A DNA stretch of 63,945 nucleotides, filler included, from Candidatus Methanoxibalbensis ujae (lineage in GTDB: Archaea; Halobacteriota; Syntropharchaeia; Alkanophagales; Methanospirareceae), in the NCBI GenBank assembly GCA_026134085.1. It is 3 parts of 3 records of this genome, joined end to end, with 100 filler letters (N's around TTAATTAATTAA, not from the genome) between each part and the next. Parts side by side here need not be neighbours in the genome. Positions count along the whole stretch, not along the records: positions 24,651 to 48,533 come from JAOQIN010000027.1; positions 48,634 to 63,945 come from JAOQIN010000041.1; 1 more part is not named here. One strand, given 5' to 3'. Within the stretch, counting starts at the first letter, position 1. Each line of letters opens with the position of its first letter. The notes beneath the pieces were generated by a model. The model saw nothing but the letters and a program-made list of their open reading frames with translations, did not search any database and was not told the DNA's origin. The position numbers and the translations under genes are program-made. Positions 41,881-51,960 of this stretch are shown here, one piece after another.

Positions 41881-42651
41881 TTACTGTTTCGCTCGTGACA
41901 GCAGCATATATGCCACTGCGATCAGACTTACAACCGCAAGCATTGCCGAAAATCCGGGAATTCCTCCCGCTGGCGGTGTTGACGGTGTATGAGATGGTGT
42001 TGATGTGGGAGATGGTGTTGATGCAGGAGATGGTGTTGATGTGGGAGATTGTGTTGATGTGGGAGATGGCGTCTGAGGTGTTTCTGTCGGCATCGGAGAC
42101 TCAGCGGGTGGAGTGCCCGCTGGTGTTGCATTGGGAGATGTGAAAGGACTTACAGTCGGCGTCACATTTGTGGTGGGAGAAGGACTCGCCGGCGTCTCAC
42201 CCGACTGGAAAATGACAGTGGTGCTGTTTTCCACACGATATATCGTGTTGTTGTCTCTCAAATTCAACATATCGCTGATCTGAGGCGCTTCTGCAGTTAC
42301 ATTTGCAATTCCTGGTTCAGTTGAGGTGATGAGAACAGTTGCGTTCCCTCCCACCGTGTATACGGTGATATCTTTCCCTCTGTTTGTTTCGTTTTCAGCA
42401 TCTATGAGAGTTCCGATGTCTGTTGAGACATCCACTCTCGTGACAGCAGGTTCTCCTCCAACCAATGGATAATCCTCAGGATAATAAACCGTTATCGTTA
42501 TTGTTGAAAAACCGCCCACCTGAACGCTCTCCGGATCAGCATTTATGACTATGAGATCGCTCACTCTCTCTATCTTCGGCTGCGCATGCACAGCAACTGC
42601 AGCAGAGATGCATATTGCGATTATCGCTATGATGGATATATTTCTCCTCAT
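41881..42651 (-). CDS. PGF-CTERM surface protein with an Ig-like (invasin/Big_1-like) domain
   Basis: Signal peptide, ADPES...STITITV domain, Thr/Pro linker, IPGF, TM helix and basic tail. Confidence 0.85.
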   Translation of the reverse strand: MRRNISIIAIIAICISAAVAVHAQPKIERVSDLIVINADPESVQVGGFSTITITVYYPEDYPLVGGEPAVTRVDVSTDIGTLIDAENETNRGKDITVYTVGGNATVLITSTEPGIANVTAEAPQISDMLNLRDNNTIYRVENSTTVIFQSGETPASPSPTTNVTPTVSPFTSPNATPAGTPPAESPMPTETPQTPSPTSTQSPTSTPSPASTPSPTSTPSHTPSTPPAGGIPGFSAMLAVVSLIAVAYMLLSRAKQ

Positions 42652-42915
42652 TTTTTCTTCACCCCCTTTTCATTATAACACAGACGGTGGCTTCCTGACC
42701 AGCTTCTTCCTTCAGGGCTGTCCTTAAGGCGTATAATATAGCCACCATCCATAGCCACCATCCATAGCTTCAGCATCCCATTCTCGCCTCTGTATAAATA
42801 TTTATCATTTAGGTCAGCTTCATCAGTGAGGCAGGATTTATACTGCAAATGACTCATAACAGTTTATTAAATTATGAAAAATAAATAACAAATTAATGAC
42901 AAAACAAAAAATAAT

Positions 42916-43863
42916 TTATGATGCTTTGTATATCCAGTAACCGTATCCTCTTTTCAATATGTCTCCTTTATATAGAGATACCCATGTGTCATCAACGCCG
43001 TCCCAGCCGACAACAACATACCTGCTGTCTGTGATCTCAACATTTTTGTCACCTGGACCTATCAGGTTCCATCCCGGCTTGAGGTTTTCAGTGATGTCTT
43101 TCCATGTGATTGTTCCTGCACGCGCACCTCTTATATCCACGATCCTGTGTTCAGGACATCTGACCAGATATCCCGTACCCGCTTTCATCACATCTGGACG
43201 ACTCCAGCTCTGTGTTGTCGCGTTCCACTCCCACACCTCAACATCATCGCCGAAAATTGCATCAGGACTTTTGGAGGTGATGTTCCCAGCAGGAATCACA
43301 GGCAGTGATATGTAATCCTCACCGCTTCGTATGTGGAATCGCCATCCGTAGGTGGTCTCCTCAACACGCTCTTTAACACGCAGCTCAGTGCTGTTCTGCA
43401 CAACAGATATCGGCTCAAGTGTGTATTCAATGAGCGGCGCCCTCGCGGTCACATTCACAGTGCCCTCCTCTGTTGATGCGAATATGACAACTGCGTTCCC
43501 CGATTCATTCGTGTATACTGTGATACTTTTCCCTCTGTTTATTTCGTTTTCAGCATCTATGAGAGTTCCGATGTCTGTTGAGACATCCACTCTCGTGACG
43601 GCAGGTTCTCCTCCAACCAATGGAAGATCCTCCGGATAATAGACTGTTATCGTTATCTTTGATGATGATATGTTGTTGACGATTATTGTGGAGGGTTCCG
43701 CATACATTTCTATCAGATCCTCTCTCATCATGACTTCAGGTGGTTGTGGGAGTTGATGCTGACCTGATTGCTGTGCGTGCTGTGCAAATACAATTCCTGT
43801 GACAGCAATCATAAACAGTAGTGCCATCCCAATACCCATCCCAATACTCCCAATACGTATCAT
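42916..43863 (-). CDS. Secreted paralog with the same Ig-like domain and a C-terminal GWNL/GYWI module
   Basis: About 125 nt nearly identical to the neighbouring gene; ends YISLP...AGTGYLV...LKPGWNLIG...GYGYWI. Confidence 0.82.
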   Translation of the reverse strand: MIRIGSIGMGIGMALLFMIAVTGIVFAQHAQQSGQHQLPQPPEVMMREDLIEMYAEPSTIIVNNISSSKITITVYYPEDLPLVGGEPAVTRVDVSTDIGTLIDAENEINRGKSITVYTNESGNAVVIFASTEEGTVNVTARAPLIEYTLEPISVVQNSTELRVKERVEETTYGWRFHIRSGEDYISLPVIPAGNITSKSPDAIFGDDVEVWEWNATTQSWSRPDVMKAGTGYLVRCPEHRIVDIRGARAGTITWKDITENLKPGWNLIGPGDKNVEITDSRYVVVGWDGVDDTWVSLYKGDILKRGYGYWIYKAS

Positions 43864-43966
43864 GTTATGTTTCCACCTCCCTTTTATAAGACAGCCGCAT
43901 AAAAACCTTTCCTTCTCCTCATATCAATAAAAAAAGGAAAAAAAATGTAAATTATGTGACGCTCCG

Positions 43967-46900
43967 CTATTGCTCAACCAGTATCCAGTAGCCCTCGCCG
44001 CTGCGCAGTGTATCCACTTCTTCCCACTCGTATCCTGTCCACCTGAGGACGAGCAGGTCATCGTCCCCAACTTCAATGTCCTCAGCACCTGGTCCCACGA
44101 GGTTCCATCCGGGCTTGAGGCTTGCGTTGATGTCGTCCCATGTGAGTGTGACGCTCGTGCCGTCGAGCGTTATCTCAGTGGACTCATATGGCCATCTGAC
44201 AAGGTAGCCCTTGCCCGGCTCAAGCTTATCTGGACGATACCATCCTCCGTCTCCGTCGTAAGCCCAGACCTCAACATCATCACCAAACACTGACTCTGGA
44301 GATGTCTCATTGAGGTTCGCAGGTATCGACACATAGTTCTTGCCATTGAACACCTTTATCTTCGGTTCAGGCGGCTCAACAGGTGGATCCTCCTCAACAT
44401 ATATCGCTTTTCCGTAGCTCGCATTGAATGTGAATGCGTAGCGGTTGCCCTGTCTGTATGTCTGGTTCGGATTGAGATCTCCCTCAGCGTTCGGCGCACG
44501 GAACGAGGTTGTGAGCAGATAGCTGCCCGGATATGCTCTGACATCAGGTGAGTAGTAGTCCTGATAGTCCCCTCCAACATAGCAGCGAGGATCAACAGAC
44601 GGTATCACAGGCAGTTTCAGCGCTGTGTACAGGTCGGGAAGCGTCTGTATGTCAAACTTCGTCCAGTTCTCATGCAGATGAGGCGTTCCTATGCCAGTCT
44701 CGTTAAGCACTTGCAACAGGTTCGTTGAGAATCTCGGCTCCTTGTCCTCATCAACCCAGCAGAACTCAAGCGGCGGTATCGGTCCGAGTATGCGCTCATC
44801 AACATCGTTCGCTATCCAGTGCTCCGCATCAAACACTGTCCATGATCCGGGCGCGGGCATCTCAACGCCGCATTCGCACAGCCTCCATCCCTCAGGCGGC
44901 ACTTCATTGCCCGGATAGAATGGACCTCCATAGTTCTCCCAGAGCTGCCAGTCAGTCGGTATAGGCGTTGTCATATCATCATCAGTGTCTATCGGCACAG
45001 CCCTGAAGTATTTCAGCCACGCATACGGCGGATACTGCATTGTCAGATAGCGCTCAGCGCATGGGAAGTATTCAACGCCGAGCCTGCCGTGCGGATCGCC
45101 CTCAGGCCACTTGTTCAGGTGCTTCAGTGGCTTCCAGAGCACGACATCAGTGTCATCAACAATCTTGTGCTCCATGTTGAAAGGCGGCAGCACGGGTATC
45201 GGATGACACGGCGGTATCATCGTTATATACTGTGAACTCGCTATCCAGCTGCCGTCATCTATCTCCTTCGTGCAGAATGCTGAGTTTGTCAGATCCTTCG
45301 GGAACGGCGTCCTCAGCGTTATATACTTGAACTTGTCCGCATATGTATCGCCATCCGAGTCAAGCACTTCTATCGCAGTGACCTCATAGCGGACTCCATC
45401 AACATAGAACACATCGCACCACTCAAGCTCCTTGCCGACATCTATCGCTCCCCAGTGCGTGCCCTGCATCTTGAACTCATAGTGTATGTAGAACGTGCGC
45501 ACAGGAGAACTCTGGTGCTGCGGTGTTGCATATTTGTTTATGTGCCTGTCTATCCAGACGGTCTCGCTCTGATTTATCTCAATCTGCTTACATGTGTCAT
45601 CTTCCTTGTTTCCTGCATAGCACACCTCCACAATTGCCGTCGTTCCGTTGTTATCTGTGCCGAGGAACTTCACCTTGAAGTCAAGGAACTGGATGGTCTG
45701 GTTGAGCATGCCTTCAAGCAGATACTTCTTCTCTATCCTTATCTTGCCGTGCACGCTCTTGCCATAGTCGCCAACTGGCTCATCATTCTTCGTTGACACA
45801 AGTGTGACTTTCACCAGATTCGGCGTTGTCGGCGTCCCTTGCTCGTTCTCAAACAGCTCGAGACCTATCTGGTCTGTGGATTCATTCTCAGCAATCGGGA
45901 ATGCGAAGTATGTGTCATCCGCAGAGCCGTGCCAAGGCATCTTGTCCTGACGATCTATGAGCATATATGTCGTCTCAGTCACGATCGCGGGCAGATCTTC
46001 CTTGTGGAAGTGATAGCAGTGATCATACCACATCCTCAGATAAGCCTTGAGGTCTATGTTCTTTGACTGCGCGGACATCGGATATTTGTCTCCGTCCCAC
46101 TCCAGTATTGCAGGATCAAATGTGATGGAGTCCTTTCTTATGACTGTCGGATTGAACGGCTCCTCCCAGTGATCATATCTGGCAGGTGCTGCGGGATGCA
46201 CATCGCCGTATATGCGCACAGTCACATCCTTTGAGAGATCTTTCGGATACGAATTTATGTATATGTCAATGCCATCCATGCCATCACGCTGGTCATACGA
46301 GAACGCAACCCTTCCTCCCGTGAGATCTCCACCTCTTGAAGGTCTGTCCTGCAGTGAGTTCGGCGCGATGAGCGAGGTCGTTATCAGATAATCTCCATGC
46401 AAAATCTGACTGAAGCTTTCTTGATCACCGTATGTCGTAACATTCAGATCAGGAATGCACGGCAGCACAAACTCAGTGTACAGATCAGGAAGCGTCTGTA
46501 TGTCAAACTTCGTCCAGCTCTCATACAGATAAGGCGTTCCTATGCCAGTCTCGTTCAACTTCTCAAGCAGGTTCGTTGAAAGTCTCTCCTCCGCGGACTC
46601 CGCTATATACCATATCTCCAGCGGCTCAACATCATCTATGATGCGCTCATCAACATCGTTCGCTATCCAGTGCTCCGCATCAAACACTGTGTAGCTGTCA
46701 GGTGCATCCAGTATCATACCACACTCGTCAAGCACCCAATACGGCGGCAGGTCGTCGCCCGGATAGAATGGGCCTCCATAGTTCTCCCAGAGCTCAGGAT
46801 CAGATGGTATAGGCGTTGTCATATTCATATCATCATCAGTGTCTATCGGCACAGCCCTGAAGAATTTCAGCCACTGCGCCGGCGGATACTGCATCGTCAG

Positions 46901-48163
46901 GTATGCCTCGGCACCTGGGAAATACTCAAGACCGACCTCTCCATTGGGATCTCCCTCAGGCCACTTGTCAAAGTGCTTCAACGGCGCCCACAGCGGTATG
47001 TCTATGTCGTCAACAATTGAATGATTCATGTTGAAAGGCGGCAGCACGGGTATCAGCTCTCCCTCATCAATGCACTCTATGTATTGCGATGTGACAACGC
47101 TCTCATCCATAACCTCACCAGTGCCCTTGGGCAGTTTCGTCCTTATCGTTATATACTTGAACTTGTCCGCCGTCGTGTCACCGTTCACATCAAGCACTTC
47201 AACCGCAGTGACATCATATCTGACGCCATCAACATAGAACACTGCGGAGTTCCACAGATATCTGCCGACATCAACTGCTATGAAGTGCGTGTCCTGCAGT
47301 TTGAATTCAAAGTGAGCAAACCACGGATAATCATGACTCCACGAATCACTCATCTCATTATGTCTCTTGAAGTATTTCGTCTGCGACTTTGGCAATATCA
47401 CAATCTTCGCTGAATCATCCTCCGTGTTGCCCGCATACCACACACGGACAACTGCAAAATCCCCGTTTATGTCGGTGCCTATGTATTCCAATTTGTGATC
47501 CAGGAACTGGATAACCTCACCAGGCGCCAGGAAATATTTTTTCTGTATCGCAATTATCCCATCGACTGTCTTGTTATAAGGTGACGGCACGGTTCCACCA
47601 ACATATGACAGGTTCACAAGATTGGGAATCGCCGGAAAGCCGTTGGTGAGGTTGTTCTCAAATGCTCCGAGACCGCGCTGCGCATCTATCTCGCATATTG
47701 GAAACGCAAATGTCGTGTTGCCTGCATCTCCATGCCACGGCATCTTGTCCTGATGATCTATAAGCATGTATGTGTATTCCATGTTTATCGTCGGATATGT
47801 GTGCTCCTTCTGTGGACCCCAGTATAGCCCGCATGGCTCATACCACATCCTCAGATAGGTTTTGAGGTCTATGTTCTTTGACTGCGCGGACATCGGATAT
47901 TTGTCTCCGTCCCACTCCATTATCGCGGGATTGAATGTCACTGAGTCCTTCGGAATCACAGTCGGATCAAAAGGCTGCCTCCAGTCAATATATCTCTCAG
48001 GCGCATTCCCCTTCGGCGCGATGTCGCCGTATATTCTGATTGTTGAGTTCGGCTGCACTTGTGGTGCGGGGGGATTCTCGCCCGCCATTGAGGAAGGCGT
48101 TATCACAGCAAATATTGAAAGCACAATTATCGCAGCGAGCACAATTCCTCCAACACTCCTCAT
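43967..48163 (-). CDS. Putative S-layer/major envelope protein with an internal ~600-aa duplication and a C-terminal GWNL/GYWI module
   Basis: GGAGGTGA SD before ATG 48163; signal peptide; two homologous halves; acidic composition; strong promoter. The ORF is certain; the function is inferred. Confidence 0.6.
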   Translation of the reverse strand: MRSVGGIVLAAIIVLSIFAVITPSSMAGENPPAPQVQPNSTIRIYGDIAPKGNAPERYIDWRQPFDPTVIPKDSVTFNPAIMEWDGDKYPMSAQSKNIDLKTYLRMWYEPCGLYWGPQKEHTYPTINMEYTYMLIDHQDKMPWHGDAGNTTFAFPICEIDAQRGLGAFENNLTNGFPAIPNLVNLSYVGGTVPSPYNKTVDGIIAIQKKYFLAPGEVIQFLDHKLEYIGTDINGDFAVVRVWYAGNTEDDSAKIVILPKSQTKYFKRHNEMSDSWSHDYPWFAHFEFKLQDTHFIAVDVGRYLWNSAVFYVDGVRYDVTAVEVLDVNGDTTADKFKYITIRTKLPKGTGEVMDESVVTSQYIECIDEGELIPVLPPFNMNHSIVDDIDIPLWAPLKHFDKWPEGDPNGEVGLEYFPGAEAYLTMQYPPAQWLKFFRAVPIDTDDDMNMTTPIPSDPELWENYGGPFYPGDDLPPYWVLDECGMILDAPDSYTVFDAEHWIANDVDERIIDDVEPLEIWYIAESAEERLSTNLLEKLNETGIGTPYLYESWTKFDIQTLPDLYTEFVLPCIPDLNVTTYGDQESFSQILHGDYLITTSLIAPNSLQDRPSRGGDLTGGRVAFSYDQRDGMDGIDIYINSYPKDLSKDVTVRIYGDVHPAAPARYDHWEEPFNPTVIRKDSITFDPAILEWDGDKYPMSAQSKNIDLKAYLRMWYDHCYHFHKEDLPAIVTETTYMLIDRQDKMPWHGSADDTYFAFPIAENESTDQIGLELFENEQGTPTTPNLVKVTLVSTKNDEPVGDYGKSVHGKIRIEKKYLLEGMLNQTIQFLDFKVKFLGTDNNGTTAIVEVCYAGNKEDDTCKQIEINQSETVWIDRHINKYATPQHQSSPVRTFYIHYEFKMQGTHWGAIDVGKELEWCDVFYVDGVRYEVTAIEVLDSDGDTYADKFKYITLRTPFPKDLTNSAFCTKEIDDGSWIASSQYITMIPPCHPIPVLPPFNMEHKIVDDTDVVLWKPLKHLNKWPEGDPHGRLGVEYFPCAERYLTMQYPPYAWLKYFRAVPIDTDDDMTTPIPTDWQLWENYGGPFYPGNEVPPEGWRLCECGVEMPAPGSWTVFDAEHWIANDVDERILGPIPPLEFCWVDEDKEPRFSTNLLQVLNETGIGTPHLHENWTKFDIQTLPDLYTALKLPVIPSVDPRCYVGGDYQDYYSPDVRAYPGSYLLTTSFRAPNAEGDLNPNQTYRQGNRYAFTFNASYGKAIYVEEDPPVEPPEPKIKVFNGKNYVSIPANLNETSPESVFGDDVEVWAYDGDGGWYRPDKLEPGKGYLVRWPYESTEITLDGTSVTLTWDDINASLKPGWNLVGPGAEDIEVGDDDLLVLRWTGYEWEEVDTLRSGEGYWILVEQ

Positions 48164-48197
48164 TATATCACCTCCCATCTATCCAAAGGGAGAGGGG

Positions 48198-48214
48198 CTA
48201 TATAAGCCTTTCGG
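48198..48214 (-). promoter_or_regulatory. Consensus archaeal BRE-TATA promoter of the large envelope gene
   Basis: Minus strand CCGAAAGGC-TTATATAG about 35 nt upstream of the ATG. Confidence 0.7.
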
Positions 48215-48533
48215 TAAATGCTTGAAGGCTGTCAATGTCAACATAACAACCTCAAATGATGATATGTCCCGTTGATAAGCCCCGTTGAACCAATCAACTG
48301 AGATTAACTGTTTGACCTTCTTCAGAAAAGGATTTTCTATTAATATTTAAATATGTTTTTTAATATATATATGAATTATATATGAATGTGAGATATGAAT
48401 GTGAGCGCATCCCAAAACCCTCCATAATGATAGAAGCTGCCAAGTAGAGCATGCCATGAAAGAAATCTCCAGGACTTCAAACCCGACTGCCTTTTAAAAG
48501 AAAAAGGCAAAGGCTCTCCCCCACAGATCTTCT

Positions 48534-48633
48534 NNNNNNNNNNNNNNNNNNNNNNNNNNNNNNNNNNNNNNNNNNNNTTAATTAATTAANNNNNNNNNNN
48601 NNNNNNNNNNNNNNNNNNNNNNNNNNNNNNNNN
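48534..48633. other. Artificial contig linker (N44-TTAATTAATTAA-N44)
   Basis: Same 100-nt spacer as at 24551. Confidence 0.97.
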
Positions 48634-48634
48634 T

Positions 48635-49765
48635 ATACGGAACTTCACAGGGAACTACGCAATAGAGAACTGTGCGGGTCATGGTATCTGGATACAGGAC
48701 ACAACAGTTCCGTTCGTTATCACTAACTGCACTGTTCATAACTGCGGATGGTGTGCAGAGAAGCCAGAAGAATGTCATGGAATATATCTGAATCACCTGC
48801 GGGGTCAATATCAGAAAGAGATAGAGGATTGCACGGTAGCGAACAACTCGGGTAAGGGCATACGAGTCCAGAATTCCACTTATGTGAACATAGCCGATTG
48901 CCTTATAAAGAACAACTCAGCTCATGGTATAGAGGTGTATCCAAGAGAAGTGGGTGGAGGACATCAAAGTGATTCCATGTTCATTAACATAACAAACAAC
49001 ACGATAGAAGGAAATAACTACGGAATTGACCTGATAGGGTTCAACTGCACGGTATGTGGCAATACCATTTCTAACAACACTGAATATGGTATATACATAT
49101 TCGGTAACTACAGCAACATACTCTTAAATAACATAACGAACAGCCGTAGCTACGGGATCAAAGTGTATAATAGTTCAGAGAACCACATCTGCTGGAATAT
49201 CTTTATCAACAACAACGGAAGCGTAGCGCCACAGGCATGGGACAACAGTCAGAACTCCAACTACTGGAACACAACCAATCCCATTGGATATTACTATCCA
49301 GCAGACACGTACACAGACTACACAAACCGCACGGGCAATCACTGGAGTGATTACACCGGAAGCGACACCAACAACGATGGAATTGGAGATACTCCATACT
49401 TCATCGCTGGTGGAGATATGGCGGACTATTATCCGCTGATATCGGAACAGAATTGCATAATTATCGATGGAATAAGACTTGTTAAGTGCGGTGATGTAGA
49501 TTGTGACGATGACGTGGATGTAGGAGATGTGACACGGCTTGACGCACATGTTTTACATGGAGTTCCTGTAAATCTATGGGCTGCTGATGTAGATTGTGAC
49601 GATGACGTGGATGTAGGAGATGTGACACGGCTTGACGCACATGTTTTACATGGAGTTCCATGTCAGTGCTGTCCTCCATGGGTGCCTCCGCCGTGTCAGT
49701 GGTGGGCGTGGTTATTCAACCAGTTATTTGGAGTGGCGTGGCCAATGTGTGGGCAAGGTTGTTAA
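48635..49765 (+). CDS. 5'-truncated NosD/CASH right-handed beta-helix protein with a C-terminal dockerin
   Basis: Frame open from the gap; NN..GI repeats; GNHWSDYTGSDTNNDGIGDTPY; two DVDCDDDVDVGDV repeats. Confidence 0.85.
   Translation: MRNFTGNYAIENCAGHGIWIQDTTVPFVITNCTVHNCGWCAEKPEECHGIYLNHLRGQYQKEIEDCTVANNSGKGIRVQNSTYVNIADCLIKNNSAHGIEVYPREVGGGHQSDSMFINITNNTIEGNNYGIDLIGFNCTVCGNTISNNTEYGIYIFGNYSNILLNNITNSRSYGIKVYNSSENHICWNIFINNNGSVAPQAWDNSQNSNYWNTTNPIGYYYPADTYTDYTNRTGNHWSDYTGSDTNNDGIGDTPYFIAGGDMADYYPLISEQNCIIIDGIRLVKCGDVDCDDDVDVGDVTRLDAHVLHGVPVNLWAADVDCDDDVDVGDVTRLDAHVLHGVPCQCCPPWVPPPCQWWAWLFNQLFGVAWPMCGQGC
49492..49659 (+). repeat. Two identical 75-nt repeats encoding the dockerin halves
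   Basis: 49492-49566 equals 49585-49659. Confidence 0.92.
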
Positions 49766-49959
49766 ATAATGGCAGCCATAGCAGTAATCGCATCATGTCT
49801 TGTACGGAAGAGGAAAGGATGCGCATAAAAATATAGGGCTTTTGTCCCTTTTTATTTTTTAGGGGCAATATTATTAAAAAGAAAAAGAAGGGTAAAAGAA
49901 AACTGTAAGAAAAAAGTAAAAGATGAGATGAAAAAATTAGGAGGTGAAAAAGGAAAAAG

Positions 49960-51021
49960 ATGAACAACAGAGTATTCGGAACTGGAACGGCATTAGTGGT
50001 GTTGGTGCTTGCGGTGATGGCGGTGCCTGCGATGTCAGGACCGAACACGGCGTATTTTAACAGCAGTGCCAATCCTGTTGACAGCACAAATCCTATTCGG
50101 AATGTCATTGCCAAGCCTGGCGAGACAGTATATGTTGAGGTTTGGCTAAATATAACCGACCCTTACGGACAATCACCAGATTATACTTTTGAGAGTGGTC
50201 AGGTGAACATTACGTTTGACTCAAGTATAGGCGATATAACAGGCGTTAGCAGTATACCAGGCCATCCGTGGAGTGCTTCTTGGGGTAAGCATCGTTATGG
50301 CGACAGTTGGTGGATTTGCTTCCGATCCTCCGCATGGGGAGCTAATCCACCATACGGTTTAGGTCCCGGTATATATCCAGTTGCTAACCTTACTATTCAG
50401 GGAGTAAGTCCAGGAAAAACGGATTTGCACTTCAGCCATGATTCTCCACGCTTGTGCAATATATTCGATGCAATAGGTCAGGACTACCCCAACCAGTCAT
50501 GGATAGACGCAAAATTCTGGTGCTACACAACATTCAGCAAACCACTTCCAGAGGGCTGGAACCTGATTTCGCTGCCGTTAGAACCACTTCCGGGAAACGA
50601 ATCCACGAGCAAGGTGCTGGAGACCGTATCTTATGATGCGGTATACAGGTATGATGCGAGTTCGCACACTTTCATTGATGTAACCGGAGATACAATGGAA
50701 CTTGGCGTAGGATATTTCGTGCATGTTACTTCTCCAAGCACATGGACTTACAACGGCACGCCATACACGCAGATGAACGTTTCGCTGGAGCCGGGACTGA
50801 ACATGATAGGGTGGATTAACTGCACAAAGCCGATAAGTGAAGCGCTGTCTTCAATTGAGGGCAAATACTGGTATGTGGCGAGATGGAACGCCACGACGCA
50901 GGAGTATGAGATATATAATCCAGTCGCTCCGTCATCGTTCAATGATTTCGATATGCTGGAGCCTACTACCGGATACTGGATCAGTATGAAGGAAAGCGGC
51001 TGGCTGAACGCGAGCTGTTAG
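49960..51021 (+). CDS. Secreted cohesin-like protein with a GWNL/GYWI module (putative adaptor)
   Basis: Signal peptide; VEVWLN...FESGQVNITFD...VANLTIQG cohesin pattern; EGWNLISLP...GVGYFV...PGLNMIG...TGYWI. Confidence 0.75.
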   Translation: MNNRVFGTGTALVVLVLAVMAVPAMSGPNTAYFNSSANPVDSTNPIRNVIAKPGETVYVEVWLNITDPYGQSPDYTFESGQVNITFDSSIGDITGVSSIPGHPWSASWGKHRYGDSWWICFRSSAWGANPPYGLGPGIYPVANLTIQGVSPGKTDLHFSHDSPRLCNIFDAIGQDYPNQSWIDAKFWCYTTFSKPLPEGWNLISLPLEPLPGNESTSKVLETVSYDAVYRYDASSHTFIDVTGDTMELGVGYFVHVTSPSTWTYNGTPYTQMNVSLEPGLNMIGWINCTKPISEALSSIEGKYWYVARWNATTQEYEIYNPVAPSSFNDFDMLEPTTGYWISMKESGWLNASC

Positions 51022-51141
51022 ACAGAACGGCAACAGAGAAAAAAGATGTGAAATTTTTTCCCTTTTTTATTTTTTTGGGGATGAGAAGCTAAAAAAGCGT
51101 ATGGAGTAAGAAAAAGAAAAAAGAGGTGATAATGCAATAGT

Positions 51142-51756
51142 ATGGTAAGGGGGAAAAAAGAAAGTATAGCTGTGATGTTGGCTGTTTTAGTGATATCCGC
51201 AGCAACAGCGATGACAGCAACAGCGACAGAACCGCCAACTCCGTTCCATGCATACGGCTGGGTGAAATACAGCAATGGAACCGAAGTGCTCAATCCGAAT
51301 GTGAAAATAACGAATCTCAACACCAGTGAGGATTATACTGTGAAGACAAATGCATCTTCCAACTATTATCAGGTTATAACTTCTTCGTGCAACATTAGTG
51401 AAGGTGATGTGCTGAGATTAAATGCGAGTGATTGTGTTAATTCGGTTTCATACGAGGTCACAGTCACATCAGAAAACATGACTGATGGTGGCTTGTTCGA
51501 GCAGAACCTTACGATACTATTACCACAGGTAGGAATATGCGGCGACTGTGACGCATTCCCGGGAGTGACAACCAATGACGGCTGGCTGATATTCATGAAT
51601 GTGACTTTCCCCGGTGACCCACGATATGCACTCGTTAATCCATGGGCTGCGGACTGTGATGGATTTGAAGGAATAACAACGAACGATGGCTGGCTGATAT
51701 TTATGAACGTAACTTTCCCCGGTGACCCACGATATGCGCTGCAATGTGCTCCGTAA
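51142..51756 (+). CDS. Secreted Ig-like protein with a divergent C-terminal dockerin
   Basis: Signal peptide; PTPFHAYGWV domain homologous to PTPFLIHGYV in the 20008-22725 protein; DCD....TTNDGWLIFMNVTFPGDPRYAL twice. Confidence 0.78.
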   Translation: MVRGKKESIAVMLAVLVISAATAMTATATEPPTPFHAYGWVKYSNGTEVLNPNVKITNLNTSEDYTVKTNASSNYYQVITSSCNISEGDVLRLNASDCVNSVSYEVTVTSENMTDGGLFEQNLTILLPQVGICGDCDAFPGVTTNDGWLIFMNVTFPGDPRYALVNPWAADCDGFEGITTNDGWLIFMNVTFPGDPRYALQCAP

Positions 51757-51960
51757 AAATAAAATTGAGGTTATATCCCCCTTGTTATTTTTTTAAAATA
51801 GGTATAAAAAGAACGAAAAAGTGGGAGAAAAAGTGAAAAATATGGGAGAAAATGAGAGAAAAATGGGAGAGAATGGATGCCCCTGGAGCATGGTTTGAAT
51901 CCATGCAGGGGCGGAGGGAGTGGTAAAAATGGATAAAAAAAGTTAGGAGGTGATGGAAAA

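Noticed and set aside
24551..48633. TTAATTAATTAA palindromes inside N runs at 24595 and 48578
   Set aside because: Artificial six-frame stop linkers; adjacency across them is not biological evidence
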